Below are positions 59,008 to 64,000 of a stretch of DNA of 64,000 nucleotides, one piece after another. This DNA is from Sedimentisphaerales bacterium (GTDB taxonomy: Bacteria > Planctomycetota > Phycisphaerae > Sedimentisphaerales > SM23-30). A program made the position numbers and the translations under genes. The stretch is taken from positions 3,303,283-3,367,282 of the forward strand of contig OY759675.1 of the NCBI GenBank assembly GCA_963662515.1, in the 5' to 3' direction. Within the stretch, counting starts at the first letter, position 1; each line of letters starts with the position of its first letter. The notes below the pieces were generated by a model, which was not told where the DNA came from, ran no database searches, and saw nothing but the letters and a program-made list of their open reading frames with translations.

Positions 59008-59034
59008 ATATCGGCATTCTGCGGTCATAATTTA
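59008..59034 (-). promoter_or_regulatory. Sigma28 (FliA/SigD) consensus promoter facing dksA
   Basis: TAAA-N15-GCCGATAT. Confidence 0.55.
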
Positions 59035-59134
59035 GATAAAAATAGATAATATTGAAGAAAAAACGGACTTTTGGGCGAAAATAGACAGGATAGCGAACTT
59101 ATTAATAGAACAAACAGGGCTACAACCAAAAAAC

Positions 59135-60361
59135 ATGATAAAGTCACATAAATATAGTAACAATTTAACTTTGATAATAGAAGAAATGCCCGAACGGGTA
59201 TCAGCGGCGTTTGACATAGTACTCGATGCCGGTGCCAGTCGCGACCCGGAAGGGTTAAGTGGAGCAGCGACGGTTCTATCCGAATCAATACTTCGCGGAG
59301 CCGGACCTTGGGGTAATATAGAGCTTAATGAGGCTTTGGACCGCCTGGGCATACATTTTAATAATAATGCCGGCCTGCTGATCTCCAGTTTTTCAGGGGT
59401 AATGGTAAATAACAACTTTCAGGAAGGTATGAAAATCTTTTCTGAAATATTACTCCATCCACATTTAGCGGATGAAGAATTCGAGAATTGTCAGGACCTG
59501 TCAATTCAGGCATTAGAATCACTGGACGATGACCCCAGGCAGAAAGTGTCGATACTGGCCAAAGAAACCTACCTGAACAGCCCATATAACCGCCCGGTTA
59601 TGGGACGGATCGAAGAAATTGAGAAATTATCTAATAAAGACATAAAAGGTTTCTGGCAAGAATTTTTCACGCCGGCCAATGCCATTATAACTGTAGCAGG
59701 CGGCGTAAAGTTTGAGCAGGTTCGAGATCTGCTCGACGATTTACTGGGAAGTTGGTCTGGAGATAGCAATCCTGCCCTGCCAGAGCTGAAATACGCCCCC
59801 GGCTATCGCCATCTGGCCAATGATGGCTCTCAGACCCATATCAATCTGACCTGGCCGTCGGTACATATTAGCCACCCAGACTATTACAAGGCCCTGCTCC
59901 TGAGCAATGTTCTTTCTGGCGGCATGGGCAGCCGGCTCTTTACCGAGGTAAGAGAGAAGCGAGGCCTGTGCTACTCGGTCAGTGCTCATCAGATAACCCT
60001 TGCAAACAAAGCAGCAATGACCGCTTATGTAGGCAGTTCGCCAGAAAAGGCCCAGGAAGCCCTGGATGTTATACTTGAGGAACTAAGTAAGTTACCTCAG
60101 GGAGTAAGTCAGGACGAGCTGGACAGGGCCAAAGTTGGCCTGCGAGCCTCATTGATAATGCAGGGCGAATCAAGTAGCTCTCGTTCTTTATCTCTGGCCA
60201 GTGACCATCTTTATCTCAAAAGAACCAGGACCTTAAGTGAGATAGAAACAGCGATAAACAATGTTTCACTTACCGACCTGATGGACTATATAATCAAGAA
60301 CCCGGCAGGGAATTTCTCACTGGCCACAATTGGGCCAAAAGAAGTGACATTCAGCCGGTAG
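59135..60361 (+). CDS. M16 (pitrilysin) family peptidase-like subunit lacking HxxEH
   Basis: LSGGMGSRLFTEVREKRGLCYSV; ATVLSE at the metal-site position. Confidence 0.85.
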   Translation: MIKSHKYSNNLTLIIEEMPERVSAAFDIVLDAGASRDPEGLSGAATVLSESILRGAGPWGNIELNEALDRLGIHFNNNAGLLISSFSGVMVNNNFQEGMKIFSEILLHPHLADEEFENCQDLSIQALESLDDDPRQKVSILAKETYLNSPYNRPVMGRIEEIEKLSNKDIKGFWQEFFTPANAIITVAGGVKFEQVRDLLDDLLGSWSGDSNPALPELKYAPGYRHLANDGSQTHINLTWPSVHISHPDYYKALLLSNVLSGGMGSRLFTEVREKRGLCYSVSAHQITLANKAAMTAYVGSSPEKAQEALDVILEELSKLPQGVSQDELDRAKVGLRASLIMQGESSSSRSLSLASDHLYLKRTRTLSEIETAINNVSLTDLMDYIIKNPAGNFSLATIGPKEVTFSR

Positions 60362-60488
60362 TTATTAATAAGGCCGTCGTGGAAATGCGGCTGGAATTTG
60401 CAAAATCGAACATTAGTACAGAATCACTGTCGATCCAGGATGGAAAAGCAGATGAGGCTGAAGTTCTTTGAATTTCGAGGCAAATATT

Positions 60489-62558
60489 ATGGCCACAAGG
60501 AATAACTCTGTAGTAACTCTGACAATATTAGGTATGTTCATATCATTCACCTGCCTATCAGCACAAGAGCTGGCAGCACCTGCCCCAGAAGCAAAACCTC
60601 AACTGGAATGGTCAAAAAACGCAACTGAAGCTCAGACAGCCGAGCTGATACAGCAGGCAGAAATACTGATAAGACAAAAACAGCAAGAGCAGGCGGCCGG
60701 CATACAGGCAGCGACAACAAAACCATCAGTTGACACCCAAACGACAACACTCCCGGTTGTCAGGGATGGAGAAACAGGCCAAAGAGCCAAAACTCTGGAA
60801 GTTAAACCTCAGTTACAATATCAGCCAATGAATGCGGACAGCTATACGCCAGCCCCTGCCAAAAACAGGTCATATCTGAACACAGCTGTAATATACTGGC
60901 TGCCGGGGGCCTTTGCCCTGCTGGCAACTATCTGCATGCTCATTTATGCCAGGACACAGTTGAAAAAGGCGACCAGAGCCGGAAAAAGGGCTTCTATGCT
61001 TATAGCTGAAATCGAGGACCTGCAAAGAAATATTAAACAGTGGGAGCTGGAAAGCCACTATAGCCATATCAGCGAAATGTCTGTCCATATCGAGGCTATG
61101 CAGGAGACAATAGCAACTGCCAAAGAGGTCGGGGAAAACACTAAAGAAACTATCGATAAGGGCATAGAGCTTAACCAGAAAAGCATCGAAATACTGAGAA
61201 AAGCTAATAAAGAGCTTAGTAAGTCGCTCACCAGCCAGGTCAATGAACTGGAAGAACAGCTTAAAAGCACCGTTGCTGGCGAACTACAAAAGATCGACCA
61301 GGCAGCCTCAGAAAAAATAGCTACTCTGGAGAAACATAAAAGCCAGATCGTTCAGGACATACAAAAACACAACCAGGAAAACAAAGCCCTGCTGGCAAGT
61401 ATATCAGAGAGCAAAACCAGCGGTCTCAATAGCTCAGTTGAAAAACCACAAACCCAGTCCAGCATGATGGACATTATCACTAATGAGCTTAATGCTATCA
61501 AAAACAAAGAAAGAACAGGCAGCTTGAGCTCTTTTGGCAGTACAAGCAAAACTACGGAAATATCACATGCCGATATGCTGCGTGAATCGATCGCTCGCCA
61601 GAAAGCAAGCCTTAGTGAGAGACCTGCTCTTAAACAGTCTTTAACTAATACATCTGAACCACAGATAAATACAGATGCAGCGTCAGAGACCGGCAGCACA
61701 AAGGCTCAGGAGGTGTTTAACGCAGCCGTTGAGCTAAAAAATGAATTAAGCGATAGTTCCAGCCCCAGCCTGAACAATACCGGCAATATTAGCAAATATG
61801 CCGACATGGACAATAAAGCCCTGATGGACAAACTTACTCACGCTGAAAAATGGCGTAATTATAAACTGGCTGCTGAGATATGCGAAGAAATGACAAGCAG
61901 AAACGGCAATCGCCCGGAAGTATATGATATCTGGGGGCAAATGCTGGCAAGACAGGCATCACTGGAAAAAGGACAGGACTCTGCGACAATGCTGGATCAA
62001 GCCAGTCACAAAATGCAGAAAGCAGCTTCACTGGACAGTACCAATTATAAAATATTCAATAATTGGGGAGTGATCCTAAAAAATCTGGCTCTGACCCAGA
62101 GCGACAGTCGCGAAACCGAAAAAATACTGTCTCTGGCCCGCCGAAAGTTTGAGACCTCACTGAGCCTTAACCCTAAAAACCACGAGGCGCTCAATAACTG
62201 GGGTAACACACTGTTGATCCAGTCTCGTTTCCGCAGCGGCACTCTGCAGGAATCGCTACTACAAAGTGCCTGCGAAAAATTCGCCCAGGCATTAAACCTT
62301 AAACCCGACAAAGACTCAGCCCTCTACGGCTGGGGTAATGCCCTGTTCAAACTGGCCAACTGCAAATCTGACAGTCAGGTGAGAAACTTACTACTGTTGC
62401 AGGCCAAAGAAAAATGGGAGGCGGCCAATAGACTCAATTCCGGCATAGCCAGCAAGGAACTGAGAATAATACGCGGCCTGGTCCCACCCCTGGATCAAAA
62501 ACAAACACATGCCGGCAAGCCGGTAACCGACTATAAATTTAAAACAGTTAACCGTTAA
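60489..62558 (+). CDS. Membrane-anchored coiled-coil plus TPR protein
   Basis: Signal peptide, TM (YWLPGAFALLATICMLIY), heptads, TPRs (NNWGVIL, NNWGNTL, YGWGNAL). Confidence 0.75.
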   Translation: MATRNNSVVTLTILGMFISFTCLSAQELAAPAPEAKPQLEWSKNATEAQTAELIQQAEILIRQKQQEQAAGIQAATTKPSVDTQTTTLPVVRDGETGQRAKTLEVKPQLQYQPMNADSYTPAPAKNRSYLNTAVIYWLPGAFALLATICMLIYARTQLKKATRAGKRASMLIAEIEDLQRNIKQWELESHYSHISEMSVHIEAMQETIATAKEVGENTKETIDKGIELNQKSIEILRKANKELSKSLTSQVNELEEQLKSTVAGELQKIDQAASEKIATLEKHKSQIVQDIQKHNQENKALLASISESKTSGLNSSVEKPQTQSSMMDIITNELNAIKNKERTGSLSSFGSTSKTTEISHADMLRESIARQKASLSERPALKQSLTNTSEPQINTDAASETGSTKAQEVFNAAVELKNELSDSSSPSLNNTGNISKYADMDNKALMDKLTHAEKWRNYKLAAEICEEMTSRNGNRPEVYDIWGQMLARQASLEKGQDSATMLDQASHKMQKAASLDSTNYKIFNNWGVILKNLALTQSDSRETEKILSLARRKFETSLSLNPKNHEALNNWGNTLLIQSRFRSGTLQESLLQSACEKFAQALNLKPDKDSALYGWGNALFKLANCKSDSQVRNLLLLQAKEKWEAANRLNSGIASKELRIIRGLVPPLDQKQTHAGKPVTDYKFKTVNR

Positions 62559-62609
62559 GCTGTCAGTTGAAGTAAAAGAGCTCAGAACGGATAGTAAAAG
62601 TAGTAGAGG

Positions 62610-62648
62610 CCACGGCCGGGCAGAAATGTCTTGCCGTGGTTTTTTTTT
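62610..62648 (+). terminator. Intrinsic terminator
   Basis: ccacggc..gccgtgg followed by T9. Confidence 0.8.
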
Positions 62649-62795
62649 ACATTACCCTAAATATCACCTAAGATAGAAATGCAAATATTAACCAGACAGG
62701 ATTAAACCCGGCCAGCTTATTACGGTTTAACTATTAGCCTGATGGCAATATAATGTTACCAGTTAAAAATAAGCCAGTCAGAAACAATCCGCCTG

Positions 62796-63770
62796 TCAGT
62801 CAGCAGATAATTCCCGCAGAACTTTCTTAACCGTATTGAGGTTATATATACCGCCCATTCCCGCCTTGCGGCCTTCAATGTATTGATTAAGCCACTTCGC
62901 TGCCAGCTTATTTTTACCCAGCCCGGCATAACACCGGCCCAATCTATAGCAAGCATCGTTTTTCAATTGCCGGGCCTCTGTCAGATCAGAAGCCTGATAT
63001 TTCGCAATCAGCCGCTTTTCACTACTACGGGCCAGAGGGCCAAATATCTCCGCCGCTTCATCATACCGTTCCAACATCTGCAAAGCTCCGGCATGATTGA
63101 ACAGAATATAACCATCATCGGGGAACTTCTCCAGTGCCTTACTGGAAATCTCCAGACTCTTGCGATATTCGTATCGCTCATAATAGGACAATATCAGGTG
63201 GTTCCATGTCCAGGGGTTATCTGGAAACTTACGCAATAAATGATTACACAATTTCCCTACGGAAACCCAATTTCCCTTTTTCTCTTCTCGTTCAATATCG
63301 CGAGACAACTCAGCTTCTTCAATAAACGAGCGAACCTCTCTTATAGTATGGTTACTATAGTGTTTTAACCTGACCTTTTTTCGGATAACTTCACTAGCAA
63401 GTTTAGCAGCTGTCGAATAATCACTTAGATTCCAATACTCCTGAGCCATCCAGAAAAGCATATCATTTTTAAATCCTACCGCTTTACGCATTGTGCCAAT
63501 TTGCGGACAAATCGCTATATCTTTCAAAGAAAGTGTTTGAATCTTTTTCAAAATCCATATACACTTCTTCTTTTCACTAAGCAAATTATATATCAGCGCA
63601 CATTTCATCATAACCCATGGATTATCTCTATCGAGCAGATAAGCCTTGCGAGCAAATTCACCAGCCTTACTATAATTCTCACTATCGCAGTAGAAATCAA
63701 AAGCAGCCAACAGTAATTCCACATCTTTCGGTGATTTTCGCAAACCCAATAGTATTTGTTTAATATTCAT
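62796..63770 (-). CDS. TPR-repeat protein
   Basis: AYLLDRDNPW, FPDNPWTW, YRLGRCYAGLG; start re-called at MNIKQILL. Confidence 0.7.
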   Translation of the reverse strand: MNIKQILLGLRKSPKDVELLLAAFDFYCDSENYSKAGEFARKAYLLDRDNPWVMMKCALIYNLLSEKKKCIWILKKIQTLSLKDIAICPQIGTMRKAVGFKNDMLFWMAQEYWNLSDYSTAAKLASEVIRKKVRLKHYSNHTIREVRSFIEEAELSRDIEREEKKGNWVSVGKLCNHLLRKFPDNPWTWNHLILSYYERYEYRKSLEISSKALEKFPDDGYILFNHAGALQMLERYDEAAEIFGPLARSSEKRLIAKYQASDLTEARQLKNDACYRLGRCYAGLGKNKLAAKWLNQYIEGRKAGMGGIYNLNTVKKVLRELSAD

Positions 63771-64000
63771 ATCTGCACCATATTTTTTAAGACAAATAAA
63801 CAATACATTCTGCTGATAATAATATCTGGCTTTAAGCAGTACCGGCAACAGCAATATCTCGCTAAGCCAATTCTCTAATTCTCGCCCCAGTATCTTTATT
63901 TGTGTTTGCTTGAATAAATTAATACAGCAAATGATAAAGCCCAAATCAATAAACATATAATGTTTGTTGTTTTATAACCTTTCATATAATAAGCAAGTTT

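Overview
Bacterial chromosomal window, most likely from an anaerobic Planctomycetota (Phycisphaerae, Sedimentisphaerales-like). This is inferred from the FecR-type anti-sigma/ECF pairs, the PEP-CTERM protein, dockerin-like 'DFAVLAxxWL' motifs and the dksA-lspA order. 1-17.1 kb: two ECF/FecR-controlled secreted-protein loci (LamG, PA14, PEP-CTERM, GH31, sulfatase), separated by tmRNA and a GIY-YIG gene. 17.4-20.6 kb: tRNA-Val, two paralogous beta-helix proteins and a repeat protein. 20.8-27.3 kb: orphan methyltransferase, MCP, AhbAB fusion, lipid N-methyltransferase, thioesterase. 27.3-51.3 kb: large minus-strand Wzx/Wzy polysaccharide cluster with Fdt/Qdt genes, several methyltransferases, two radical SAM enzymes, an MBOAT and rearrangement scars. 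51.6-64 kb: fliR-flhB with a REP doublet, a dense mosaic of short repeats, an RHS remnant, rfbA, tRNA-Tyr, lspA, a Zn-free dksA, an M16 subunit and TPR proteins. Best leads: (i) a GIY-YIG gene directly behind tmRNA whose frame runs through an intrinsic terminator with no stop codon (arfA/brfA-like non-stop logic); (ii) the nested repeat mosaic plus RHS truncation; (iii) the radical-SAM/methyltransferase-decorated glycan; (iv) the SusCD-free, dockerin/PEP-CTERM-based glycan-utilisation locus. All calls come from reading the sequence by eye; no database searches were run.
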